The notes under the pieces are model-generated. The model saw only the letters and a list, made by a program, of their open reading frames with translations, did no database searches and had not been told where the DNA came from. Shown piece after piece: positions 24,701 through 37,900 of a DNA stretch of 64,000 nucleotides (positions within the stretch are counted from its first letter, which is position 1; each line of letters starts with the position of its first letter). Source of the DNA: Lingula anatina (Eukaryota; Animalia; Brachiopoda). The DNA lies in contig CM120646.1 in assembly GCA_051362555.1 (NCBI GenBank), forward strand, positions 4,774,001 through 4,838,000, written 5' to 3'. The position numbers and the translations under genes were made by a program.

Positions 24701-27700
24701 CATGAATTAAAAGCTGCGTTTCTGGCATGTTAACACGGTGGAATTTTAATATGAAGAGCAGTTCAGTGGCATTAAAAACACCGCTCGTTTTTTCCCCAGA
24801 CGTCATGCTTGGCTGGTAATGGTGCAGTTATTGACCTATTTTACTGCCCTGGGGTTTACACACAACACCTGTGTCAGATATTATTATTAATAATAAAAGA
24901 AAACAAAATCATGAATTGAAATTTTAGAAAGAAAAAGTGGAAAAGGGAGAATACCTTAAGGCCAAATAGTGAAGGGGGGAAATATCAGTAAGTAACATAT
25001 ATCTGGACCATGTGACTAAGTGCTATTGGAATTAATAACAGTAATTTTCTTTTAATTTCAGACCGATGGCCAGACTTATCCCCCGACATTGGAAAACATA
25101 TAACAGATATAGGGAATAGCACTTGTGGGAAAGGCGCTGGATTTATCTCTAGTAAGAATATGCCGTAAACACGTCGTAACATTAAGACAGTTATTATTAA
25201 AATAAATAAAACGGCATTTAATTTTAGATGTAAACTTTTTACATCTGTGTATTTGATTTGAGAGTTTTAATTCAATAAGCCACAAGGAGTAACATAATGT
25301 TGTATGTGTAACAGTTCTTTTCAAAACTTAACTTTACCTTCATATCTAGCAAAACATTATTTACAAAAGCGAGGAATGTATATAAATGTATATTAATATC
25401 AAATTATATTAAGGCGAAAAGGGTCCAAAACAAGCACCGATACGACCGCATTCAACCCCTCTTACTCTGAAATGGTAAGCCACTTTTGTTTATGCGTCTA
25501 CCTTTATTCTTGTTATACAAGGAGATCATTAAAGCTGGGGACTCAGTCATGAATTTCAATATAACGAACTACTAGTATATCTTAGCTATTGCGGTTAAGT
25601 TCGTCAGTTTAAACAGTTATGTCGTGATTATAAATTCGGCTCAGAATACACATTTATGAACATAAGTATATCATCTTTTCCGGGCACTATCTACATGCAC
25701 ATGAAAGTCAGCTAGTCGTTCCTCAATCAAAAGCACAGCCATCAGAACCCTATGACATATACAAGGAAAAATCTGGGCTCCGTATCTCGAAAGGTTCGCT
25801 ATGTTGCGCACGTGCGTTAGTGTCTCGATTCCATAACCGATTCTATTTCGAGATACGGGGCCATGGAATCGAGACACTTGCGCACGTGCGCAACATAGCG
25901 AACCTTTCGAGATACGGAGCCCTGACCCAACAACTGATAATAATGAAACCGGTGTTCACGTTCACTGTTTCAGGCTGGACGAAAACTACGAGGTAGCAAT
26001 CGGGGTCTGTATTCCCAGAAATCAGCTGTACTTACATTACCTGGACTTCTGCGACAAGAACAGGTCTCAGCCAGTTAATGCCGCAAGTTTTGGAAAGGTA
26101 CAGGCGTTCTCCTTTCAATTCTTTCTCAGACATAATCCCAGGAGCATCTATGAACAGCACCACAAAAATGAAAATTATCTAACACAAGCCGAAATATTTT
26201 CGTACCGTCAGCTTACGGCCAACCTGGGCGAAGGCCTTCATCAGACTGATGTGAGTAGATGTCCACACAAATTGACCGCTAGGTGGTATAGCGACCAAGA
26301 CCCTCTTATAAATGTCAGGTAGATCGATCCCCGTCTCTATTCATGGGTGGCTGGTGATGACTGATGTTGATAGCCTCTCGTATCTTACGCGGGATGTCGG
26401 ATGACCCAGATTCAAGGATCTTGGTTAAATTCCAGTCGATACTGGTCGATCTACCTGACATTTATAAGAGGGTCCTGGCCGCTATACCACCTAGCGGTCA
26501 GTTTGTGTGGACATCCACTCACATCAGTCTGATGAAGGCCTTCGTCCAGGTTGGCCGTAAGCTAACGGTACGGAAATATATCGGCTTGTGTTAGATAATT
26601 ATCATTAATGATCCAACTACCAAGCTAATGAACATTTTTGCTCAGTAGAAAAATGGTTTTCTAAAATAATTATGTTATCAATGTATCAAAAAACATATCA
26701 ATGGTTTTAGGTTTTTTCTCTTCTAGTACAAGCTCGATATTTATTTTTTACATTTTTTTAAGGTTTTTATTTTATTTTATATTATTTTTAAGATCGCCAG
26801 TTAAACAGCGTTCTGCTGGTATATTTTCAGATAATCCGACAACAGTTTCCATCAATTACCACCAGACGTCTCGGTACACGTGGACAATCCAAGTGAGGAT
26901 GAACAATGTAGAAAGAATATAAAATAATTCTTTACACAGATAGTTACATGTTCCTTTAATATATATTTTATTAAATATACATCTGGATTTTATGAGGTCA
27001 AAATATATAGCGACGACGACGTTGTGTTCTCCTCCTCTTGTGAACTGGTGCCAAGGCTGCAGCGTGCATTAATTAAGCTGGCTGCCTTATTTAACTTGTG
27101 TACGACGAATGCTTATCAATGCAAGCAGAACATATTTAATGAAATCGAATTTTGTTTTCTAAAGCAAGTTCTTAAGTGTAATGTTAAGGAAATTGCAGAA
27201 TATGTGCAGTGCACTTGCTAACAAATAGGAGCATATGACTTACATAAAACCCCAAAGATACCATGGATGTTAAGCCTCAGTATTCTGCCTCTATTTGCTG
27301 ATTTTCTTTTCATGTTCTGTTACAGATACCATTACTATGGGGTTGGGGTCAAAGAGTCATCCCCGTATTATGACATCATATACTCCAAAAATGGGATGGA
27401 CAGGTAACAAACGTTATTCATTCTGCTTTGTCATGTTTTCTCATAGAAACCAAGTATGTTTTGTTTTAATGGTTGTTAAAATTGTTTGCCCTTTTAATTT
27501 TGCTTTTTGAAGTTAAAAAAAAATGTTTTGTCAGCCCAATCGTTTTTAGGAATGCCTAACGTGTCCTCTTTATTATTTAAGTGCAAATACGTTTTTAGGC
27601 TCATTAGCAAATCAAATGATTACCAAAGCTTTCTTAGAATAGTTCAGCTCTGATTTTATTATTATCAGTTATTTATTTGCAGCAAAGATGACTCTAAGAC

Positions 27701-30700
27701 GGACACCGCGAAGCCGGTAACGTATTTTTTTTTCAATTGGCGCTTTGTATATTTGCTTAATTTAAAACCACCGTTATTTCAAACACAAATCTTTGACAAA
27801 TGGACATCCATAGAAATTAATACAGACATAAAATTTTGCATACAACTCAGATATGAATTTATATAAATATTATACGAGTCTTATTTCAAGATACACTGTA
27901 CCTGTATCTATGCAAATGATATGTAAATGATACAAATGAGCGTAAATTAAAATCATATTATCACAGAAATGATATGTTTATATTTTTTATATTTAAAGCA
28001 TATAGTTTATTCCCCTCGCTCTAAACTGGGGACACTTCTGCCGGAATTTCCAGAGGTGAAAGATATTAAACTCCCACCGGATATACCGCAAGAAAAGGTG
28101 AGGGAATTAAAAGCGCCGATGGCTGCCATCTTCACAATATTAGCCATTTATTCTGAATAGACTTTTGAAGAATGCATCCTATCCAAATTCCTTCTTTTGA
28201 CTTATAAATTTTGTCAAAATAATTTTTGGTACAATTGGGTCGGTTACTTAAATGCTAATAAATCATAACGTTAAAGTAAGAACTAAGCAATTTATTTGCC
28301 ATGTGTTCTTTATGAAAAATAAAAGTCGGTTCACAAAACGTTACGATACCTAGAATATTCCTGTGTTACAATGTTATAACAATAATAATGATTAATAAAT
28401 GGTTGAATGGCCCATATTGGAAATTAAAGAACTTGTCTACAAGTACAGCTCAGATGTTTTGCTTCAATGTTGGTAAAAAGCGACACAAATAATGAGGCAA
28501 ATAAGTCAAATTTATGCAAATACTACACAACATGTTTGCGACACCAGCGTAATTCATATGCTCACATTGTTGTGGAATGACCCAAATGCAGCATTCGCCA
28601 TTTTAACAGGTGATAACATTTGTCATGATGTACCGCACCCACTGTCAACGGATTCTGGACACAGTGATTCGCGCCAACTTCGACGAGGTTCAGAACTTCC
28701 TGCTCTACTTCTGGCAGGGCATGCCTTCCCATATCATCCCCATACTGGGAAGCCAGACGCTGGTCAGCCTTGTGGGAGTCTGTGACGCCATATTATACAA
28801 GGCCATAGCGAGTGTTCTTATCCCGACCATTCTGCAGTCGTTGCCAGACAGGTACAACTCATTCTGTTTAAGTTTTCTGGACCATTTTGGTTTTACTCAT
28901 TGGCGGTTTGAACAGAGTTCACTCATTTAAATGTTGGTTATTTTTTTATGTCTTTGTTAAGTGTTATGATTGTAAATTACTGCTGTGAGTTGGGGCTAGT
29001 ATAATATTTAGGACAATATTATTATAAATGCTCTTAAATACATAACCATGCATGTATTCTTTTCTAGTCTTACTCAAGATATTAGAAAGTTTGCAAAGCA
29101 GCTCATAGCATGGACACATAGTGCATTGGAAACATTGCCAGAAAACCTTTGCTCTATGAAACTGAACAGTAAGCTGCACTTAACATTATAGCTTGTAATA
29201 ATGTAAATGTGCATACATTTATTGAATATTTATGCCTTTTAGTAACAACCATGGCAGAAATAAATATAAGAGACATTACACTTTTAGACAGCAAGAAGAA
29301 AAAATATTAAAGCACATTTCATAGAAATATGACAGATCATGGAAGTACATGTAATCGCTGTCCTTGAAAAGAAAATATTTTTTATTTTCTGTTATTTCTT
29401 CCAAATTCCAGATACATCCTTAAATTTAAACCGCATATACTTCTTTGCTCTCATTATAGTCGCCAATCGTTTTGCTCACGTGTTACGGAGACAGACGGCA
29501 CTAAACCATTTGTGCCAAGCAGCACGTGGTGTCGCTGAATGTGGTGACGTCACCGACCAGATGCTCGATGATTGGAGGACTATAGATATCCAGAGCGTGA
29601 TAAAACAGACTCTTTACACGTTAGACAAATACAGGAGTGCCACAGCGGAGATGATGTTGCAATGTAAGTTGATAACATGTTCTTTATATAAAAATATCAC
29701 GTTTTTAAAAAGTTCATAATGTGATATATATGTACCTGTAGTTTGCTTTGTAGAGGGTGTTTGGAAGCGCACATTAATCAATAATATCGAAATTGAGCAT
29801 GATTACCTAAATGTAGTATATATTAGTATTATTGATACCAATCTTCAATTTTATCCCTATTTTTTTTGAAGCTCATATCATGCTCGATCTGAGCGCTCAA
29901 AGTGATGATTTATAGGTGAGGTAGGGCGGTCAGTCAAAAGTTGACATATCAAATTATTATTCTTTTATATATCTAAATTGCGTTATTGTAAAAGAAAGAA
30001 ACTTGTAAGGGTCTACGAGATGTTGGAATGCACTTCAATGCGTAACACATATAATTTCTGTCAGTTTTCATCTAGTTACCCAGGAATTTGAAGATCTAAT
30101 GGAGAACCAAGGTACACTAGAGTCCTACGCAGAATGGTTGGATAGCCTCATCAATACATGTGTGATAACGGTGAGGCATATAAAAAAATTGTATTCATAA
30201 AAATGTTATAAAATTAAGAATCTGTTGCACATAATTCTATAATTGTTATACTAAAAATTGTGTAACTCGGATAACCAAAGGGTGGGAATGTGTTTGAAAA
30301 TATTATCCTCTCTTTCATAAAACATCCATGGCACGGGAAGGTTGCTACAAATACAATATTATATTTTCTGGATTAATAATGAGGTTTCCACCATTCTAAT
30401 GAAATATGACAGATGTGCAGAAGGAATAATGGAATAGGTAAACATTAGATCTTTTGCAATATACTGCACATTTCTATCGACGGTTAAAAGTAGAATTTCA
30501 TTTTAGCCGAGTTTCAAGAGTTCTAACAGCCTAAAGAAATGTGCCAGACAGTTCTTATTATTGTGGTCGTGTTTCGGAACTCGAGTTATAAGAGATATGA
30601 CCCTGCACAGTGCGCCCAGTTTCGGTGAGTATATCGAAATATTTTGGAACATTTCACAATATTGAAACCATTTCTGGATACGTATTGAGACAATGACACA

Positions 30701-33700
30701 ATGATACCCTGCGCGAGGCATTCCAACAGACACGGCAGTTTCATCTTCTCGTCATCTTTATGGACATTGTTAAATTGAGATCTGTATTGTAATGTCGTAT
30801 ATCTGAATCTTAGCATTGGTAGGAAATGCGTACATTTCTCTTAAATGAATAAACGATAATCTTCATAAACGTGTCTCAATATATCCATGCACGTATAAAA
30901 GTTGCAAAAAATACCCATAACTCCTTTGACCCATAGAATACTTATGTTACTTTTATTTCAATCACAAATCTTATTACGGTCACAATGACTTAAACTACAC
31001 GGTGTTTATATCCCTGTATTATATCATTCACCTGTGTATGACGCACAAGTTGTTGGTTGGCTTAACGACATTACTGGTATTTACGGCTACTATAATATTA
31101 CGGAATGACGCTTCTTAAGAACCACAAAGGTTCCATCAAGGTACCATCTGTGTTTTATTAATACTAAACCGCGTATCGATATTTAGTTAAATATTCCAAC
31201 AAACATAAGTCTTTATAGAATAATATATTTTCTTGATAGAAGCATAAAGACGTACAATGTATGGGATTATACGGTTTTGGTTTTATATTGTACAATCAGG
31301 GTCCTTCCATCTACTTCACCTTATGTTTGACGACTATGTGATGTTCAAGTTGGAAATGCTACACAGAGACGAGGAGACAAGGAAACTTGCACAGTCCATC
31401 AAGGGCGAGACAGTCACGGGTATGGTTATAAGCATACATGTAATTGACAAATTGTAATAGTTGAGATTCGTAGCTACTGTAAGTATGGGGTTCATGGCGT
31501 TACGCATATGGTACCATTGTTACTTTGGCATCATTCCACAGCTGGAATATGTGCTTGCATTGTTAAACCTACGAAAATTAGGATCACAAGTTTAAACTTT
31601 CACTTTCACTTTCTACACAAAACGGAAGCTATACTTCACAGAGATTCAATAATGTGTAGAAAGGGAAAAGTTTAAACGTATGATCATTATCAATAGACTT
31701 CGCAGATTAATTTCCATCAGTCTACGGAAACGATGAACGTACATTTAGCCATAGTCATGCAACTGTTATTTTGACATAATTTCAGTTAAAGGGGGGCAGT
31801 TGCATTACTTTTCAACAACGTACGCGTTGGTGTGAATCGACGAAGAGAATGCCAGTACATATCTCACATAAATAAATACATACGTATCCTTATTTCATTT
31901 CAGATAAAGAAGATGACTGTGTCTTCCCAGATGCTTCCCTGCTTAGACAATCTACAGTGGCAGAGTCTGCTGTAACAGGACAGGACAAAGACTGCCATGG
32001 AAGTGTCACAGACGTGAACAGAAACAGTGTCATAACAAGTGCTGTCCAAAAGGCATCCATCCAGGAAGATCTAATTCTAGGTCAAGGTCAAAGTCAAAGG
32101 GGAAGCCAGGTTCATTGTCAAGGTCAGAGTCAGCGTGGCGTCCAACTGCATGAGCAACAGCTATCTACAACAGACAATAGAAATTATTATTACAGAAAAG
32201 GCCATAGCATTAGGCCAGCTCATCAAAACAGACATTTTTCGGATTCTGCGATTACTCAGGGAAAACAGAGATCCAGCAACCTAAGCGGTTTTGCCGAAAC
32301 ACCAACTGCGGCAACAGGAAGGAAAAATATCCAAGCGGCTGCTACAAGCAGTGATAACCAGCGTCAAAACGAATCTGCATTACAGACCTCCGTTGTTGAC
32401 TATAGTGGTGCTTCATCTGGTCAAGGAAGTTCAACTACCGGTATTTATGACAATAACAGTACTAGTGACAGCTCTTCGAACCCTCAGTTACCGCGCCAGT
32501 TTAAGCGGCCCCACATGTTTGCAGCGTCTTTTCCCACCAAACGCCGCGCCACAAGGTGAGATTTTATTAGACATTTTTTTTTATAGAACTGCGTCAGATC
32601 ATTATCCAGTAGTCAAAGTGCACACTCTGAAATTTTATGCAGCAAATTTCTTTGAAAAAGAAGTGCAAAAAAGTATTCTATAACACTTATTTTACATTTT
32701 GTTTCTATTTTATAGTTTGAATCAATCCATCTACAACTACGGCGACTACCCTAGTGTAGGGGGGCAGTCATCGGGCTCTCAAAGTTTTCAAAGACCCCAC
32801 ATGTCCTCCTCGTTAAACCAAGGGCTTGTAGGCGCGGTATGCCAGCAGGAGATGTACGATATGTTTGGAGAAAACCAAGTAAGTCAGTATTGTGCATCGT
32901 CTGCATCTAACAACATCACAGCTAGAATAAGAATGAAATTCAATAGCTTTTGTTTTAAATAGATATATTATATAAGTGATGCTTATAAACATTTCACATC
33001 AATTATATCCACCTAGTAAGTCAATTTTCTAGCAAGTTTCACGAGTTAATAAAATAAATCCATGGATATTCAGAGAAAGAACATGGTACAAGTATGTGAT
33101 ACATATACAGTAGCTGCCTGGTGTACAGGTGAAATTTTTCCCGGAGTGGTTATCATTCACATCACAAACACAACAAAATGTGAATACTGTATCAATTTCA
33201 ATTAAACCATCTTTATTAGCTGCAATGTGAGAGGCAGGCCGGCTCGGGACCACCTTTAACCAGCCCAGAAGATGCCCCAAACCACATGCAAAGCGCCGAC
33301 AGTCCAAACCAAGCACCATTCTCGGCTACGACAACGTGGGGATATTGTAATGATGGGAGAGTAGTTTCCACACCACTACAGGCCATGTAAGTACATGTGG
33401 GGTTTAGTTACACAGAATGTACTATCACCTTTTTTTAACATTATTTAACATTTCTACTACTGGCATCAACCTCAAATTCAGTGGTTCATTGAACCGCAAC
33501 ATGGCATTTCTTTTGTGAGGTAATAGTCTTTTTTTTACTTACGTAGGAGCATGATGACATCGTACGTCCCGTCGCACCCACGTGAATATGCGTACGGTCA
33601 GCCCCAGTTCCCTCAACACGTGGCATCCAACAGTTTCAGCCATCCTCAGCAGCAGAACCAGATGAACTTTCAAAGGTCGCCTGGGGTCACAAACCAGAGC

Positions 33701-33844
33701 GACATCTATCATTATGGTCCCGATGTATACGGCAACAGCGTGCAGTTCCAGAAAAATCAAGAGCAAGGATTTGATAGTATGGAGAAAACGAGTGGCGTGA
33801 ACGAAATGGCTAGTTATCAAATCGGAAATGCATTCAACAGATGA
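18755..33844 (+). CDS. RFX4: RFX4 winged-helix transcription factor (18 predicted coding exons)
   Basis: Exons 18755-18854, 25062-25151, 25414-25474, 25974-26097, 26831-26892, 27326-27403, 27683-27716, 27999-28097, 28610-28851, 29068-29168, 29460-29663, 30076-30170, 30507-30624, 31300-31419, 31904-32555, 32716-32878, 33220-33386 and 33547-33844 splice in phase. DNA-binding domain [36 protein letters not shown]...[32 protein letters not shown]; RFX4-type [15 protein letters not shown] and [26 protein letters not shown]. The first two exons are less certain. Confidence 0.93.
25776..25921. mobile_element. 146-bp palindromic PIF/Harbinger-type MITE in an RFX4 intron
   Basis: ~60-bp near-perfect TIRs starting GGCTCCGTATCTCGAAAGGTTCGCTATGTTGCGCACGTGCG, with CTG on both sides as a 3-bp target duplication. 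Confidence 0.85.
26167..26606 (-). mobile_element. 5'-truncated Penelope-like retroelement with inverted pseudo-LTRs
   Basis: ~160-bp inverted arms (26167-26329 / 26446-26606). The spacer translates on the minus strand as [38 protein letters not shown], resembling the Penelope GIY-YIG C-terminus. Each arm carries CTGATGA-AGGCC...GGCC-GTAA. Confidence 0.85.
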
Positions 33845-34747
33845 TGGCTTGGTTGCAGCCACCTGAAATGGCGCAAATGCTTAAAATTGTAAAGTCTAAT
33901 TTTGTATGTCAAAAGATAACGAGCTGATTTTAGATGAATTATGAGACTTTAATTGTTATATAATTGTATTACGTGATAATGTTACTGGTACATTGGGACT
34001 ATAGAATTATTTTTGTTCATAATAACCAAGGGCAGGTCTACATTGGCAAGGCAATTATGTGTAACCATATGTGTTCAGTAATTCTTCAGTATTTCAAGAA
34101 ATGAATTGGAAAATATTGTTAAATAATATAGAATATATGTAACAACGTGGTTAACGGCAGCTATATCATGTATCTTTTTTACTTTACCGATACATCATCA
34201 TGCATATTATGCTTTTATATATATTTTCTGTATTATTATACTATTTTTTTTTCTTATTTAATGTATAACCTAATTACAAGTGTCGGTTTCATTCCCCCTG
34301 TTTTTGTACCAATATAACTGACTGAATATGATATACAGGGTACAAATTAATCTCGTAAGAGGTTATGTTTTTTAGAGTAACATTTGTTTGTTGTTAAATT
34401 GAATTTGTCAAAGTACAACACTATGTGTTGGCATAACAGTCCAGTATTTAATATATTTGTGGGTATACATTATAGTGTTTGGGATATTGTACTTCGTTTC
34501 CTCTATATTCCTCCTGTGATAAAGCCAAAGCTGATACCAAAAGATACTTAGACGGCAAAAGTAAAGGTGTATCCAACACCATTCCAAATGTTCATTAAAT
34601 ATTTTCATTAAGTAACCAAAACATATTATATTCGTTGTTAAAACTTCACACATGTATCCTGTTGATTTACTGTTAAATAAAGATATGATAATATTGAACA
34701 CATAAAATTATTCCTTCGACCTTGCGATGTTGTATCATCGATGTTCG

Positions 34748-34784
<37 letters not shown>

Positions 34785-34957
34785 ATTTCCTTTTCTCTCT
34801 TTCGTTAGATTTCAAATTTTCATTTGCAAGAATGCAGAAATGCAGGATATGACCAGAAAGTTCCTCCTCATAAGTAACAAGAGCATACAAAAAAAAAAAA
34901 AAAAAAAAAAAACTCTGTAAGTCTCTGTTCCCTTCGTTGTGGTTTCAGTTAATTGCC

Positions 34958-37900
34958 CTAATTGATCATGCCGTGCCTGGGATCAGAGAAGTCTTGATAC
35001 CCTGGAATTTAATTCATAATCATCTATATTATATCACGTGTCATATATATATATACACACACTGGACAATAGAAGTGTCACCCCTACTGAACCAATACTA
35101 TGGGGGAGATAAATGACTGTGGAATGATATGCTCCTGGTATCATTTTATTAACATTAAATTTCACAAAAAAAGCACAAAATGAGAACAAAATATACATTC
35201 TACCAAAATATGCAGTTCAAGCCCAAAATTAGTACTTAGTGGCATAGCCACGTGACCTAATAATAGGTGCCAGTCTACGAGGCAAGGATTCATGTAATTG
35301 TCTGATGCGTTTAGGGCTTATGCTGGCCCAAGCATGAAACACTGAAAATAACACAGTTTCTCTGCTGGTTAGACGGGCATTTGTCAAAAGTTTTGACATA
35401 TCATTCCACACATTTTCTATTATGTTTACATCCGGACTCTGGGCAGGTCACATCACCCTGCGAATGTCCTGTTGGTCAAACCAATCATCAACTGCTCTGA
35501 GCCTGTGACAAGGGGCATTTTCATCCTGGTGAACAAATGGATAATTCCTGTCACCAAACATGTTAGTAATAGATGGTAACAAGCCTGACTCCAAAACATC
35601 GATATATTTCTAGTGATTCATGTTTCCATCAACCACTATCAATTCGCCCACGCCATGGATGCTGATGCAGCCCCACACCATGATGAATATGCTGCTCCGG
35701 GTTCGAAAATTCAGTGCATGTGGTTCAAATGCTTTACCAGCAGTTCGCCAGCATCGTACCCGTCTGTCATGAGAGGTCAGACCAAAGCGACACTCATCAG
35801 AAAAAAATATATAGGACCAATTGTCATGGACTGTCCAGTTCCAGATCCTGTTGACCCTAGTTCAATCTAAGTTGCCTGTTTTGTAACGATATAAGAGGTT
35901 TCAGTCTTGCTACCCTGCTTTACACTCTATGAGCATGTAACCGACGCCTAGCAATTTTCACAGACACGTTCTTATGTGTGAAATTGTTCCACTGTGTTGT
36001 CAACTGACAAGCAGTGTCGAACTTTGACAACCTGGACATCAAAATCAGTCGTCGGTCTTCACGGCCATTTTTTTTTCTTGGACGACCCATCAGAGGCAAT
36101 TTGTCTCTTGATCCAGTGTTTCTATACCGAGACCAGACCCTCTGCACGGTTCTGACTGAACAATTCAATTGTATCGATATTCTGACATTTCTTATATTCC
36201 GCCTCTTCAGGTTAATAACTTGCACCTATAACCGTTAGATAATTGCCTGTATCTTGCCATATTGGAGGAAGACAGGAATAACATTTGCTGTACATGTACA
36301 AGACCAACAATACAATTCCATGGTATAGCGGTTTTATACTCATTAGTCACATTATAAGTAGACCAGGTATTATAAGTACCCAAGATCTGCCTACTTTTAT
36401 TACTCTGAGTTAGGGGGTGACACTTCTTTTGTCCAGTGTGTGTATATGTTCTGTTATTGTTGCCTTTTATTTGTTATGACTATTTTATTTGTTATGACTT
36501 AGGTTCAATTTTGAAAACTAAGAGATGTTATATATTATTAGGGGTGGGCAAATGACAAAAATTTTTTAAAACAGGTGGATTCTATGGCCATTTTTGCTGC
36601 TGAACAAAAATCTGACAATATTTTTTACCAAAGCTAAAGATTTATATTGGTATCTGCTATTTGTTTGTGAAAAAAGGCGGGAAATGGCTTTTTGGCCATA
36701 TTTTCACAGTAAAGTACATAAAAATGATGTGTAATATGTCTTTCTATATGTTTTGAGGGTTGCTGAGTTCAAATATGAGCATATTCAAGACATTGGCAAT
36801 ATTGTTAGGGTGACATCTGTAAAAATATGTTATTTAAAACAAACATATACATAAAATAAACACTTCGAGCCTAAGATAAATATAAATAATGGCCATTATG
36901 TACATACTGAATTCATGGATTACAGTTTGGTATAAAAACAATGCTGAAAATACCTTCATGGATGTGTACCAACAAATTTTATGCTGTATAATTTTCCTTT
37001 TCTTCAGAACAGGTAAAACTTTGTCAGGTGACATCAACCTCTTACAACCTCTAAGCTCTTGACCTTGGAATAGTACTTAGTTTCAGTTGTGTAGTTTAAG
37101 AGTATCTCACCACAACCATGAAAGCATCAACAAGAAATACACTAAGACCAGAAGGCACTGTAAAGCCCCCTGTCACACTTATTTGGAATCTGAAGTAATC
37201 AAGCAGAATGAGCCATAATGAAGAATTTTCAAAATTCGCGCCACATTCGTTGGGTAATATCAAATTGACCTTAATTCAAGCAAGAATACGTCAGAATGCG
37301 CTTCGAACCCACCTGGAATGATTCGTGCACATTTCAGTTGTATTGTATAGCTCTCAAATGCAGCTCGAATGTAGTTGGAACACATTAGGAATATTGTTAA
37401 TGCTAATGCCGTTCACCCTAAATATAGTGAGAATATTTAGAATGCACTTCAAATGCCATACAAGTGTGGTTTCATTGTTGGCTGAATCCCAGCCTGCAAT
37501 CAAGATGCATTCGAGTTGCATTCCTGCTCATTGGAGGCACAATGTGGAACATTCTGACAAGATTTGAAGCACCTTGCCATTTCGGTTCTCCCAAAATGTT
37601 TCGAATGCTGTTGGAATTTCGTAAGAATTTTAAGAATGCGCTCATAGTGCAGTTAGAATACACTTGAATGCCATTCGATATTTTTCCACTTGGAATGCAC
37701 TTTGAAAGTTTTGAGAATGAGCAAAACATTTTAACAGGACGCAAGAATGGACCCAAACATTTAGAATGCGCTTAGAATTTTAAGATACTTCAAATATCCA
37801 GGAACAAACAAGAAATTTTTATTCCGACTACATTCTAGCTCATTCCGCCTCTAGTGTGACTAGGTTATAAATGAAGACAATAAGGATATTGTCACCGTTC

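Noticed and set aside
26364-26594. 76-aa plus-strand ORF
   Set aside because: It lies inside the Penelope remnant, whose coding signal is on the opposite strand.
35229-36260. Active or domesticated Tc1 transposase
   Set aside because: It has frameshifts and an in-frame stop.
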